Origin: Syntrophales bacterium | GTDB taxonomy: Bacteria; Desulfobacterota; Syntrophia; Syntrophales; UBA2210 | NCBI GenBank assembly: GCA_963666365.2 | Contig: CAXXNF010000001.1 | Location: 320,001-384,000 of the forward strand | DNA length: 64,000 nucleotides | Direction: 5' to 3' | Translations under genes and position numbers: made by a program | Part shown: one piece after another, positions 28,120 through 38,360 of the stretch | Position numbering within the stretch: the first letter of the stretch is position 1 | Layout: every line of letters starts with the position of its first letter | Notes under the pieces: generated by a model | The model's input: only the letters and a program-made list of their open reading frames with translations | What the model was told of the DNA's origin: nothing | Databases searched by the model: none

Positions 28120-28235
28120 GAATGGCGACAGCGCCCTTTTTATCCAAAGCGGCAGTGAAGTAACCGCAGAGATGTTGTTTCATGTATGATCCCGAGCGAA
28201 ACTCCGTAATGGATAAGGGGGCGCTGTCACTATTC
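28120..28235. repeat. ~115-bp element bounded by ~25-bp imperfect inverted repeats (MITE/REP-like or bidirectional terminator)
   Basis: gaatggcgacagcgccctttttatcc ... ggataagggggcgctgtcactattc fills the gap between convergent genes. Confidence 0.65.
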
Positions 28236-30483
28236 AAAATTTTTGGCCGATCGTAAAATAGAACATGCCATGCCCCCCTTCTGCCTGCCCATAACCGAGA
28301 TAGGCCGGACCGAGAAAGGAATCGGCCCCGATAAAAACGCTTCCCGCCAGCATCATTGTGGAAAGCGAGATATCCTCTCGACGGGCCCACACATTCCCCG
28401 CTTCTAACGATCCGCCACAGAACAGTTCCATGTTGAGACTTCCCAGTCCGCGATGGCTGATCTTCCGAAGATACAGAAGGCTCCCAAGAGCGGTATGCTG
28501 CCCGGCAAGTTCATCCTCCGTGTATCCTGACAGATTGAGAAACCCGCCCAGGCCGAATGAATCCTGCATCAATCCGCCGCCACTCAGCGTCGTCTGCACT
28601 TTAAATTCGGGCACCAGGGTATGGTTTCCCCAGGTCATGACCTTGGCGCCGCTCAGTATAAGGCTGTTCCTGGATATGTCAGACCCCAGCCCCCGGAGAT
28701 TGGCCTCCCAGATGATGTTTCCATATGCCCCCTGCTGAGGATAGTTGAAATTGTCGATAGTATTGTAGCGAAAGGCGGCATAGACTCCCCCTCTATGAAA
28801 GTTTCCCGAACCCAACGAGGGGTCGCCGATGTTGACACCGTACCGCCCATAACCCCTCCATAATCCGGCACGTAATTCCCCCCAGTCTCCGAACTGACGC
28901 CCCGCATAAAAACCGGCCAGCAGCATCTTGACCCGATACTGCATCACAGTATCACCATCGCTATTGAAGTTGCTCACGTTCCGTTCCTGGTACTTGACCT
29001 GAGGAGCGATGAAGTAACGCGTCGATGCATCAAGCGGTTGGTAGAACTCAGAATTGATCCTCACACGATCGCCAATCTGCAATTCATTGCGCCACTCCGC
29101 ACCCAGGCTGTTCATTTCCATCTGATTGACGATGGCTGAGATCGAATAGGAATTTGCCCCCCGGAAGTTATCGTCAATGCTGAAGCCGAAGCGGATATTC
29201 GTTTGTCCCCATTGCTTATCGACCGGGGTCAGGGTCAGTTCGGTTTCCCCGTTATCCTCTTCGAGTTGCATATCCACCCTCTCAAATGTGCCGAGATTAT
29301 ACAATCTTGACAGATCCTCATAGAGCCGTTTTTTGTCGAGCTCATCCCCCGGTTTTGTTTTGACCTGGGCAGCCAGAACCGCGTCTGACAGACCTGAATT
29401 ATTGACGATTTTGACATCATTGATGACCGGCATCTTTTTCGGTCCCTTTTCCCGTCGGTGCAGGTAGGCTGCATACTCATCGTCCGAACAGACGAGTGAG
29501 GCCAGTTGCGACCTCATGGTTCCGGTCGCGTCTTCACCGATTTTCAAAATCTCGGACGCCTTCGTGAAATTTGTCGTCCCCGCGTCGCCAAGCTCCGGTC
29601 GTATCAGAATATCTCCCGGACGCAGGGTCGCAAGCTGTGCGGCGACATTTCGTTGAATAAGAATCGTCATGACCTGGGCGGTGATGCTGCCCGCCGATCG
29701 TAGTCTGTCCCGGGGACGCAGGGGAGTGCCAACGTCCACACAGATCAGGACGTCAGCACCCATCTGCCGTGCCACATCCATGGGAAGATTGTTCGCAATC
29801 CCGCCATCGACAAGCATTTTTCCATCTACCTCAACCGGCGCAAACACGCCGGGAATCGACATGCTCGCCCGGAGTGCCTGCGCCAGGCTGCCCTTCCCGA
29901 GAACGACAGTTTCCCCCGTTTCAATATCAGCCGCCACGGCACGAAACGGAATGGGGAGATAATCGAAATCCTTAACTGTGGCCTTGTGGATCAGCATCAT
30001 ATTGAGAATATAATTCAGTCCCTGGCCTTGCACAAATCCCCGGGGAAGGACAAAATTACCTTCCTTGAACCCGAGTTCGAAATCGATCTGATATTGCTGA
30101 GTGTCCTGCTTGCGCCGGAAAGGCTGTTCCTCCAACGGGGGCTTATCCCGGAATATTTTGTTCCATTCAACGCTGGTAACGAGTGTCTCCAGTTCCCCGG
30201 ATGAGAGTCCTGACGCATATAATCCCCCCACGATACTCCCCATACTTGTGCCGGCGATTACATCAATGGGGATCCTCATTTCTTCCAGTATTTTCAGCAC
30301 ACCGATGTGGGCGATGCCCCGCGCTCCACCGCCGCTCAGAACTAATCCGATACGGGGACGGGATGCTCCTTCTCCTGTGGCGGTCACACACAGGATGATG
30401 GAAATGACCAGCATATGCACCAGGATCCGTAAGAACCGGATAGAACCTCTCACAACTGATATCTTCGGAGTGATTCGGCGCAT
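28234..30483 (-). CDS. Patatin-like phospholipase fused to POTRA + Omp85 barrel (PlpD / type Vd-like)
   Basis: GGGARG, GTSMG, DGG; POTRA-like segment; beta-barrel with LGGFLNLSGY; C-terminal F. Confidence 0.88.
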   Translation of the reverse strand: MRRITPKISVVRGSIRFLRILVHMLVISIILCVTATGEGASRPRIGLVLSGGGARGIAHIGVLKILEEMRIPIDVIAGTSMGSIVGGLYASGLSSGELETLVTSVEWNKIFRDKPPLEEQPFRRKQDTQQYQIDFELGFKEGNFVLPRGFVQGQGLNYILNMMLIHKATVKDFDYLPIPFRAVAADIETGETVVLGKGSLAQALRASMSIPGVFAPVEVDGKMLVDGGIANNLPMDVARQMGADVLICVDVGTPLRPRDRLRSAGSITAQVMTILIQRNVAAQLATLRPGDILIRPELGDAGTTNFTKASEILKIGEDATGTMRSQLASLVCSDDEYAAYLHRREKGPKKMPVINDVKIVNNSGLSDAVLAAQVKTKPGDELDKKRLYEDLSRLYNLGTFERVDMQLEEDNGETELTLTPVDKQWGQTNIRFGFSIDDNFRGANSYSISAIVNQMEMNSLGAEWRNELQIGDRVRINSEFYQPLDASTRYFIAPQVKYQERNVSNFNSDGDTVMQYRVKMLLAGFYAGRQFGDWGELRAGLWRGYGRYGVNIGDPSLGSGNFHRGGVYAAFRYNTIDNFNYPQQGAYGNIIWEANLRGLGSDISRNSLILSGAKVMTWGNHTLVPEFKVQTTLSGGGLMQDSFGLGGFLNLSGYTEDELAGQHTALGSLLYLRKISHRGLGSLNMELFCGGSLEAGNVWARREDISLSTMMLAGSVFIGADSFLGPAYLGYGQAEGGHGMFYFTIGQKF

Positions 30484-30620
30484 TGGATATCCTTGGAAAT
30501 CGATGTATACACTGAAAGATGAGTCACGCGGTGTTTTCTACGTTCGAAGATATAGGGAAACAATCGTACAGGTCAAGGAAATCTTAAGCGGATTTATTTC
30601 CGGACAGATGAAACCGTCCG

Positions 30621-31247
30621 TTACCGCTGGGCATTGAAGAGTTTGAGGGCCAGTCCCGCAAAAACCACGCCGGCGAGCCCGTTGATGATGCGTTGCGCCA
30701 TTGCGGAGCGACTGAGCCATGTGCCGATCAGACCGGCAAGAAGGGCAACGCTTCCGAAAATCAGGATCGTCGCGATGATAAAAACAGCGCCCAGCAGCAG
30801 CAGCTGATGCGTCAGGGGTCCCCTCGCGGGATCGGCAAACTGAGGGAGAAAGGCCAGAAAAAAAATGGAAACCTTGGGGTTCGTCACATTCATGATGATG
30901 CCCCGCCGGTAGAGCTGCCAGGGACTGCGTTTTCTGTCCTGCCCGGATTTAATTTCCGCCGCCGAGGCCCGAAACGCATGCCAGGCAAGATAGAGCAGGT
31001 AGCAGGCACCGCCAATTTTCAATGCCGTGAACGCGACAAGCGATGCCTGAAATAACGCGGCCACACCGAAGGCAACCGCTGAGGTATGCACGATAAGTCC
31101 CGTGCAAAGCCCCATTGTCACAATGAACCCTGCGCTGCGGCCGTGCATGGCCGACTGGGTGAGCACAAAGATGTTGTCCGGCCCCGGGGCAAGCGCCAGC
31201 AGCAGGGAGGCCGCAAAAAACGGCAGTATTGTTTCAACGGGGATCAT
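30621..31247 (-). CDS. LysE/RhtB family translocator
   Basis: APGPDNIFV, NVTNPKVSIFFLAFLPQF. Confidence 0.92.
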   Translation of the reverse strand: MIPVETILPFFAASLLLALAPGPDNIFVLTQSAMHGRSAGFIVTMGLCTGLIVHTSAVAFGVAALFQASLVAFTALKIGGACYLLYLAWHAFRASAAEIKSGQDRKRSPWQLYRRGIIMNVTNPKVSIFFLAFLPQFADPARGPLTHQLLLLGAVFIIATILIFGSVALLAGLIGTWLSRSAMAQRIINGLAGVVFAGLALKLFNAQR

Positions 31248-31268
31248 ATCGTTTCACACCTCCTCCGG

Positions 31269-32189
31269 CTAAAGCGTGATCTCCATCCCCTCGCGGGCGA
31301 AACACGCCTTCATGTCTCCGCAATGTTCCCGATTGCAGAGTTTCTCAGTCAGTATATCGAGCTGCGCATCGGTGCGTTCCGGATCATGGTGTATCAGTGC
31401 CAATTGCGCGACCCCGTTTCGCGCAGTCGCGTCAATGGCATATTCAATCGCGCCGTGTCCCCACCCTCGCTTTCCGTTCCGATACTCCTCCTCTGTGTAT
31501 TGCGCATCATAGACAATACAGTCGGCCCCGGCAAAAAACCGCTCTACAAGCATATTCTGCTCCGCAGCCGCTTTTTCGCCTTCAAGGGCCACAGCTTTGT
31601 CGTAAGAGGGATCAGTCGGATCGGTGCAGAAAAGATTCTGAAAGGGTTCGGCATCATATACCGTGGCAAAGGATTTCCCCCGGTACTCGAAACGATAGCC
31701 GATACAGGAAATGGGATGGTTGAGAAATTTAGTGACGAGGGTAATGCCGTCCCCAAGATCGAAACGCCCCTCCCCCAGTTCACTGTATTCTATCACTGAG
31801 GATAGCTCCTCTATTCTTACAGGAAAATAACGGTAGACAAACTGTCCGCCTATCACGCTTTCCAGAGAATCGTCTCCAAAGGTCTGCGGCCCATGAATAC
31901 GGATGCGCATGCCCGGAATATACATAGGAGTAAAAAAGGGGAATCCCAGGATATGATCCCAGTGAGTGTGGGTAAGATAAATATCAATCTTTTTCATGCC
32001 CTTTGGAATATCGTGGGCCGCGAGGTAATTCCCAAGGGAGCGAATGCCCGACCCCGCGTCTATGATAATCATGCGGTTCGCATCGTTAAACCGCAGTTCG
32101 AGACACAGCGTGTTCCCTCCGTACTTCGCAGTTGCGAAACCCGGACAGGGAATAGAACCCCGCACTCCCCAGAATTTCACTTTAATCAT
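31269..32189 (-). CDS. MBL-fold metallo-hydrolase (phosphodiesterase-like)
   Basis: WGVRGS, YGGNT, DAGSG, THTHWDH, DAQY, GWGH, HHDP. Confidence 0.9.
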   Translation of the reverse strand: MIKVKFWGVRGSIPCPGFATAKYGGNTLCLELRFNDANRMIIIDAGSGIRSLGNYLAAHDIPKGMKKIDIYLTHTHWDHILGFPFFTPMYIPGMRIRIHGPQTFGDDSLESVIGGQFVYRYFPVRIEELSSVIEYSELGEGRFDLGDGITLVTKFLNHPISCIGYRFEYRGKSFATVYDAEPFQNLFCTDPTDPSYDKAVALEGEKAAAEQNMLVERFFAGADCIVYDAQYTEEEYRNGKRGWGHGAIEYAIDATARNGVAQLALIHHDPERTDAQLDILTEKLCNREHCGDMKACFAREGMEITL

Positions 32190-32192
32190 GAA

Positions 32193-33158
32193 CTATCCCT
32201 TTGCAGTCAATTGCAGGAACACCTGGGCCTTGTCGATTTCTTCCGACACTGTTCCCCTGAGATCATCCAGTTCAATGCCGGATAACCCATTACTGTTGAT
32301 CAGATACTGAATGGCTTCTCTGTCGGGGGGAAAATCGGAGTCAGCACTAAACCCGAACGACTTCGAGAGCATGTCGGCCAGAGCGATGACCTTAACCTTT
32401 TCTATGTTCTCCTCGTCAGACCTGTCAGGATCGTGATGGTGGTGAAGACAATCCCTGATCATATTCCCCAGCTTCCATTTATCCCCGATCATTTTCCCCA
32501 CCCGCATATGATCGATACCGATCACTTTCCGTTCGATCTTGTAAAGGGCAAATGAATCGTGGGTAAGAGCATCCAATATCCCCCTGTACTCGGAAGAAAA
32601 AAGTGTGTTCAGGGGAATTTTCCCGAGATCGTGTAAAAGACCTCCCACAAAATATTCATCCCACTCCGTGGGCGGTACTTTCTTTATACTCGCAATCTGT
32701 TTTGCCGTCACCCCCACACAAACGGAATGAACCCAGAATTTTTCCATGGAAAGGGCCCGAAAAGAGGCGCCTGTCCCGAAAGAATTCAATATGGCGGTAC
32801 TTATCACAAGATTTTTGATCGTGTTCATGCCCAGCATAATGATCGCCCGGGGGAGTGAAGTGATCTTGTTGCGCAGTCCGTAATATGCTGAATTGACTAC
32901 TTTTAGCACCTGACCCGTTAAAACCGGATCAAGAGCAATCACACGATTGAGGTCATTGGGAGAAGTGGCCGGGCTATTGCAGATCTCAAGAACCCGTGTT
33001 GCCGTGGTGGAAAGACTGGGCATGTGCGAAACAAAATTTTCAATACGTTCAACGGACACATCGCTCGGTTCTGTAAGTCTTGCCATAGGCTTTATGCATC
33101 TATCTCGCAGAGAGTGAAATTGGCTACAGAGGCTATAAAAAAAATGCTCCTGTGTCAA
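32193..33158 (-). CDS. HDOD domain protein (start uncertain)
   Basis: DPVLTGQVLKVVNSAYY, FWVHS, GLLHDLGK, DH...KWKL. Confidence 0.9.
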   Translation of the reverse strand: MTQEHFFYSLCSQFHSLRDRCIKPMARLTEPSDVSVERIENFVSHMPSLSTTATRVLEICNSPATSPNDLNRVIALDPVLTGQVLKVVNSAYYGLRNKITSLPRAIIMLGMNTIKNLVISTAILNSFGTGASFRALSMEKFWVHSVCVGVTAKQIASIKKVPPTEWDEYFVGGLLHDLGKIPLNTLFSSEYRGILDALTHDSFALYKIERKVIGIDHMRVGKMIGDKWKLGNMIRDCLHHHHDPDRSDEENIEKVKVIALADMLSKSFGFSADSDFPPDREAIQYLINSNGLSGIELDDLRGTVSEEIDKAQVFLQLTAKG

Positions 33159-33584
33159 ATGGTAAAAAGCAACAGCAGGAGAAATTATCGACTATGCTGC
33201 TGTGATTTTAATCACATACTCTTACAGCGCATCGGCGGCTGGCCGGGAAAGCAGGGCATAAATAAATTGACAACAGAACATAAGTGTCTTAGAAATTACC
33301 TATATCTTCAGAGCGAAATCTCAGAGTAAAGTAATTTCCGAAAGTATCGGGGCGATGAGCAGTATGCGGACGTCAAAGCAGTCTTTCATCTTGTTCATGT
33401 GATCTTTCTCGCGGTACGATTCAGTTCATTCTTCCTGATTCTCGACCCGCCTTCACGGCGCCGTGGCATTCATGGCCTTGTCATCGCACATAGCAAGTTT
33501 TTTGCAGCATCTCATGGACACAGTGTTGAAGGGGTGTTTTCTTTTTTTGGGGTGTGTCATTACAGCGAACAAAGGAGGGAATCG

Positions 33585-34823
33585 ATGAAGAAACGTAGTA
33601 TTGTCAGTGTAGTGGCAGCTATTGCCATGGTCTTTGTTTTTGCAGCAACCGGCATTGCCCAGGAAAACGTGATCAAGATCGGTACAATTTTCTCGAGGAC
33701 CGGCCCTCTCGCCAATCTGGGACTTGAAAGCTGGCGAGGCGCCGAACTTGCGCGAATTATCCAGAATCAAAAAGGGGGGCTTCTGGGCAAGAAAATCGTT
33801 TTTGTAGACGGTGACGCCGTCGATCCGAAGGCGGCGGTTAGCGAGACGGAACGGTTGTGCACCGTGGAAAAAGTGCCGGTGATCGTGGGCTCATTTTCAA
33901 GTTCGATCAGTCTCGCCGCCAGCGCCAAGGCGGACCAGAACAAGGTCGTCTACTGGGAACTGGGCGCGGTAGGAGATCAGATTACCAAGAGAAAATTGAA
34001 GTGTGTATTCAGGACCTGTCCGACGGGATCGGACCTGGGTCGCGACCAGCTTCGATTTGCCGTTGAAGTATTAGCGGCAAAAATCGGAAAGACCAAAGAT
34101 ACGATAAAGATTGCCAGCATTTACGAGGATTCCGCCTATGGAACGGCATGCGCCCAAGGCATAAGGGACATGGCCAAGACAATGGGCATCACACTCGCCA
34201 TGGACCAGTCATACAACCATAAGGCAAGTGACCTGTCGTCACTGGTCATGCGGGTGAAATCCGCCGCTCCCGACGTCATTCTGGAGTCCTCCTACGAGAA
34301 TGACGGCATCCTCTTTTTCCGGCAGGGAGAAGAACTCGGGTTGCAGGTGAAAATGTTTGTCGGATCGGGCGGCGGGATGAATCTTCCCGGATACCGGAAA
34401 GCCCTGGGAAACGCCATCGACAACAAGGTGTGCAATGTAGGATATCCAGGGTACAATCTCAACCCGAACTTCGCCAGGGGGATCGATGCACTTGCGGAAC
34501 TGTATGTAAAAACGTTCGGGCGGGAACCTACAAGCGTCTTCTCGGTTATCAACTATATGGGCACTATGGCGCTGTGGGACGTGATCACACGGGCAGGATC
34601 GGTGGAACCGGGAAAGATTGTCAAGGCAGCCATCGAAACGAATATATCCGGCGATGACACTATCTTACGTTACGGCATCAAATTCGCGCCTCCGGGCAGT
34701 GAAATCATGGGACAAAACACCCTGGCTCATTATTTCGTCACACAGTGGCAAAACGGAGAGCTGGTCATTGTCGATCCAGCCGAGGCGGCATCTCCAGGAA
34801 AAAGTCTCGTTATTCTCAAATAA
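33585..34823 (+). CDS. Liv-type ABC transporter substrate-binding protein
   Basis: Signal peptide, IKIG..FSRTGPLA, GGLLGKKI, EDSAYG; RBS aaggagg. Confidence 0.9.
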   Translation: MKKRSIVSVVAAIAMVFVFAATGIAQENVIKIGTIFSRTGPLANLGLESWRGAELARIIQNQKGGLLGKKIVFVDGDAVDPKAAVSETERLCTVEKVPVIVGSFSSSISLAASAKADQNKVVYWELGAVGDQITKRKLKCVFRTCPTGSDLGRDQLRFAVEVLAAKIGKTKDTIKIASIYEDSAYGTACAQGIRDMAKTMGITLAMDQSYNHKASDLSSLVMRVKSAAPDVILESSYENDGILFFRQGEELGLQVKMFVGSGGGMNLPGYRKALGNAIDNKVCNVGYPGYNLNPNFARGIDALAELYVKTFGREPTSVFSVINYMGTMALWDVITRAGSVEPGKIVKAAIETNISGDDTILRYGIKFAPPGSEIMGQNTLAHYFVTQWQNGELVIVDPAEAASPGKSLVILK

Positions 34824-34842
34824 CCATATAATGCACCGATGG

Positions 34843-34884
34843 CGGTCCGGGGGCTCTCGCGCGAACGGCGAAGCCCCCCGACCG
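34843..34884 (+). promoter_or_regulatory. Intercistronic stem-loop after the SBP gene (possible mRNA stabiliser)
   Basis: cggtccgggggct...agccccccgaccg; no U-tract. Confidence 0.45.
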
Positions 34885-34942
34885 AGATACCGGCACGGGA
34901 GAACTGTGCGCGTAACCAAGGAAGAGGGGGTATCGGACACCA

Positions 34943-35824
34943 ATGATTCTGCTTCAGCTCATTGTCAACGGCGTGCTTCTCGGAGGCATTTACGCGCTGA
35001 TCAGCATCGGCCTGACGCTGATTTTCGGCGTGGTGCGGGTGATCAATTTCGCCCATGGCGAATTTCTCATGCTGTCGATGTATATTACCTATTTCAGCTA
35101 TGAGTTGCTTGGGCTGAACCCCTACGTCTCACTCCTGATCGGCGTTCCTCTGATGTTTCTAGTGGGAATGGCGATAGATCAGCTTATCATAAGGCCGTTG
35201 CGGGACGCCCCCGCTTATATGCAGATTTTTGCAACGGTGGGACTCTCCATCGTACTTCTGAATCTGGCCCTTCTGCTCTTCAGTGGCGACTACCAGAGCA
35301 TCAACATGCCCTTCGCCAAAAGAACAGTGCAGTGGGGTGGGATTTCCTTAACCTATGCAAAACTGATCATCTTCTGTGCGGCCATCCTCGTCTCGGCATG
35401 CCTTCATCTCATTTTGAAATTCACCGACACAGGGAGACAGATTCGCGCTATCGCTCAGGATCGGATGGCAGCGAGGCTTATGGGAATCAACCTTAACAGG
35501 ATTTATATGCTCACCTTCGGTCTGGGTACGGCCCTCGTAGGAATCGCCGGCGGTCTCATTCTTCCGGTATATTATGTCTTTCCCTCGGTCGGGGCCTATT
35601 TTGTCCTCACGGCCTTCGTCGTAGTGGTCCTTGGAGGACTGGGCAACATGACCGGCGCGCTCCTGGGAGGCTTTATCATCGGCATAACCGATTCGCTGAG
35701 CGGCTACTATATCGATCCCTCGTTGAAAGAGGTCGTCTATTTCATAATCTTTCTTATCGTACTGCTGATTCGGCCTTCCGGTTTGATGGGAATAGCGGGT
35801 GCTGAAGAAATGGGGATGAAATAA
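34943..35824 (+). CDS. Branched-chain amino acid-type ABC permease, LivH-like
   Basis: GLTLIFGVVRVINFAHGE, VVVLGGLG. Confidence 0.92.
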   Translation: MILLQLIVNGVLLGGIYALISIGLTLIFGVVRVINFAHGEFLMLSMYITYFSYELLGLNPYVSLLIGVPLMFLVGMAIDQLIIRPLRDAPAYMQIFATVGLSIVLLNLALLLFSGDYQSINMPFAKRTVQWGGISLTYAKLIIFCAAILVSACLHLILKFTDTGRQIRAIAQDRMAARLMGINLNRIYMLTFGLGTALVGIAGGLILPVYYVFPSVGAYFVLTAFVVVVLGGLGNMTGALLGGFIIGITDSLSGYYIDPSLKEVVYFIIFLIVLLIRPSGLMGIAGAEEMGMK

Positions 35825-37629
35825 TGAATGCAGAGACTCTCCGGAAAGCAGGTGAACCGCGCATATACGTGCCGTTCATTATCCTGGCGGCTCTTGTGTG
35901 TCTTGTCCTCATGACGGATAATTCCTTTTATCTGAATCTATATTTCACGGTCTTCATGTTTGCAGGGCTTTCAAGCGCCTGGAACATCATCGGCGGGTTC
36001 GGCGGGCAGCTTTCCCTGGGGCACAGCGCTTTTTACGGTCTCGGGGCTTATGCATCGAGTCTGCTTTTCGTGAAGTGCGGTCTGCCGCCTCTTTTCGGCA
36101 CGGCTGCCAGCGTTATCTGCGCCATGGTGCTGGCCCTCGTCATCGGATTCCCCTGTTTCCGCCTCAAGGGTCCCTTCTTTACGCTCGCCACCATCGCCGT
36201 GGGCGAAGTAATGCTGCTTCTTGCAGTTCACTTCAAAGGACTGACGGCTGGTTCCGAAGGTCTTTCCATTCCATTTACGCCATCCCTCCTCAATCTCTGC
36301 TTTGCATCGAAAACGCCCTACGCAGTAGTGGGACTCTGCTTCATGCTCTTCGCTCTCGGCGTTTCCCGGTGGATTCAAAAAAGCCGCCTGGGCTATCAGC
36401 TTATTGCTCTGCGCGATGAAGATCAGGCAGCGGAATCTCTTGGCATACAAACGAGCAGGACTAAATTGACGGGTCTCGTAATCAGTGCCGGCGTAACGGC
36501 AATAGGAGGAAGCATATTTGCGCACTATGTCCTTTTCCTGGAACCGCATTCGGAATTCTCGCTTAATGTGTCCGTGAACCTCGCCATGATCTCGATGGTG
36601 GGCGGACTGGGTACGGTTGTCGGGCCGGCAATCGGGGCGTTCCTTCTCATCCCGCTGCAGGAGTTTCTCAGGGTATGGATTGGAAGTTCTTTTCAGGGGC
36701 TTTATTTTGTCATCTACGGAGTGGTGCTTATCCTGGTAGTTATTTTCATGCCGCGGGGCATCATCGAGTTTTTCTCGGAACCCTACCGGGTGTTTCTTAC
36801 CAGACTTCCGTCATGGGGAGCCACACCGGCGACAGTCATCCGTGAGCACACCCCACCGGCTGGCGCTGCCGTATCGGAAAAGACTACCCATTTTCAAGGG
36901 CGCTCGATTGTGGAAGCGAAATCATTGTCGAAACGGTTCGGTGGACTGGCGGCGGTCAATGAATTAAGTTTTTCAGTCAAGCCGGGAGAAATTTTCGGTA
37001 TAATCGGCCCGAACGGTGCGGGGAAAAGCACGCTCTTTAATATTCTCTCCGGGGTATATGCCCAGGATTCGGGCTCAATCAGCTTCAAAGAGAGCGACAT
37101 CTCCCACGTCAACACATCCCATCTGCTCTGCAGAATGGGAATCGGAAGAACCTTTCAGCTGGTCAAACCCTTTGAAACCATATCGGTTCTTGATAATGTG
37201 ATGGTCGGTGTGTTCTGCCGGCATAGGGGAAGTTCGGAGGTGGAACGAAGGGCACGGGAGATACTTGATTTTGTCGGCATGGCGGACAAAACAGACTCGC
37301 CGGGACATACGCTCACCCTTGCGGACAAGAAGAAGCTTGAACTGGCCAGGGCCCTGGCCACGGAACCTGAGGTGCTGTTGCTCGACGAGGTCATGGCGGG
37401 GCTTACCCCCTATGAAATCGGCGAGGCCATTGACCTGATCAAGAAAATCAGGGATCACGGCATCACCGTACTGGTAGTGGAACATGTGATGCAGGCCATC
37501 ATGTCGCTGTCCGACAGGGTGATGGTACTTGCAGAAGGCAGAAAAATAATGGAAGGGACCCCGCAGGAAGTTATTCGCGATGAGCGGGTCATTAAAGCCT
37601 ATCTTGGAGACGAGTATGAATCTGCTTGA
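35824..37629 (+). CDS. Fused LivM-like permease + LivG-like ATPase
   Basis: GQLSLGHSAFYGLGAY permease; GPNGAGKST, RTFQ, LLLDE. Confidence 0.92.
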   Translation: MNAETLRKAGEPRIYVPFIILAALVCLVLMTDNSFYLNLYFTVFMFAGLSSAWNIIGGFGGQLSLGHSAFYGLGAYASSLLFVKCGLPPLFGTAASVICAMVLALVIGFPCFRLKGPFFTLATIAVGEVMLLLAVHFKGLTAGSEGLSIPFTPSLLNLCFASKTPYAVVGLCFMLFALGVSRWIQKSRLGYQLIALRDEDQAAESLGIQTSRTKLTGLVISAGVTAIGGSIFAHYVLFLEPHSEFSLNVSVNLAMISMVGGLGTVVGPAIGAFLLIPLQEFLRVWIGSSFQGLYFVIYGVVLILVVIFMPRGIIEFFSEPYRVFLTRLPSWGATPATVIREHTPPAGAAVSEKTTHFQGRSIVEAKSLSKRFGGLAAVNELSFSVKPGEIFGIIGPNGAGKSTLFNILSGVYAQDSGSISFKESDISHVNTSHLLCRMGIGRTFQLVKPFETISVLDNVMVGVFCRHRGSSEVERRAREILDFVGMADKTDSPGHTLTLADKKKLELARALATEPEVLLLDEVMAGLTPYEIGEAIDLIKKIRDHGITVLVVEHVMQAIMSLSDRVMVLAEGRKIMEGTPQEVIRDERVIKAYLGDEYESA

Positions 37630-38326
37630 GCTTGCACATGTATCGGTTCGCTATGGCGACGTCGAGGTTATAGGAGAAGTTGATTTGTCAGTGGAAGAAG
37701 GCGCCATAACCAGCCTGATCGGTTCAAACGGCGCGGGAAAGACAAGTCTGTTGCGCGCCATCTCGGGACTTGTACCCTGCAGCAGTGGATCGATCTATTT
37801 CGAAGGAAGGGACATCACGTCATTGCAATCGCATCATCGTGTGGAGCTTGGACTGGTGCAGATCCCCGAAGGACGCCATGTGTTCCCCTACATGAGCGTA
37901 AAGGAAAACCTTGAGCTTGGCGCCATACTGCCGCGGGCACGGGCCAGGCGAAAGGAAAGACTTACAAGAGTATTCGATCTTTTTCCCATACTTTACGAAC
38001 GATCGGGGCAGATGGCACAGTCGCTTAGCGGAGGCGAACAGCAGATGCTGGCCATCGGCAGGGCGCTCATGGCAGACCCGCGGCTTCTGATGCTTGATGA
38101 GCCCTCACTGGGCCTCAGCCCCATAATAGTGAAAGAGATATTTTCCGTTATTACAAAAATAAACCGGTCGGGCGTCACCATTCTGGTAGTTGAACAGGAC
38201 GTGAAGGCCTCGCTCGAAATAGGCCGATGGGGTTACGTACTGGAAAACGGCCACATGATCCTGTCGGGCGATGCCAAAGAGATATTAAAGAGCGACCGGG
38301 TTAAAAAGGCCTATCTGGGATTATAG
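37616..38326 (+). CDS. LivF-like ABC ATPase
   Basis: GSNGAGKT, LSGGEQQM, LDEPSLGL. Confidence 0.93.
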   Translation: MNLLELAHVSVRYGDVEVIGEVDLSVEEGAITSLIGSNGAGKTSLLRAISGLVPCSSGSIYFEGRDITSLQSHHRVELGLVQIPEGRHVFPYMSVKENLELGAILPRARARRKERLTRVFDLFPILYERSGQMAQSLSGGEQQMLAIGRALMADPRLLMLDEPSLGLSPIIVKEIFSVITKINRSGVTILVVEQDVKASLEIGRWGYVLENGHMILSGDAKEILKSDRVKKAYLGL

Positions 38327-38360
38327 TGCTCCTGCGCCTCTGCGCGAAATTAAATATTTA

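Noticed and set aside
33472..33505. Sigma54 promoter upstream of the Liv operon
   Set aside because: GG-N10-GC spacing is present but flanking bases match the consensus poorly.
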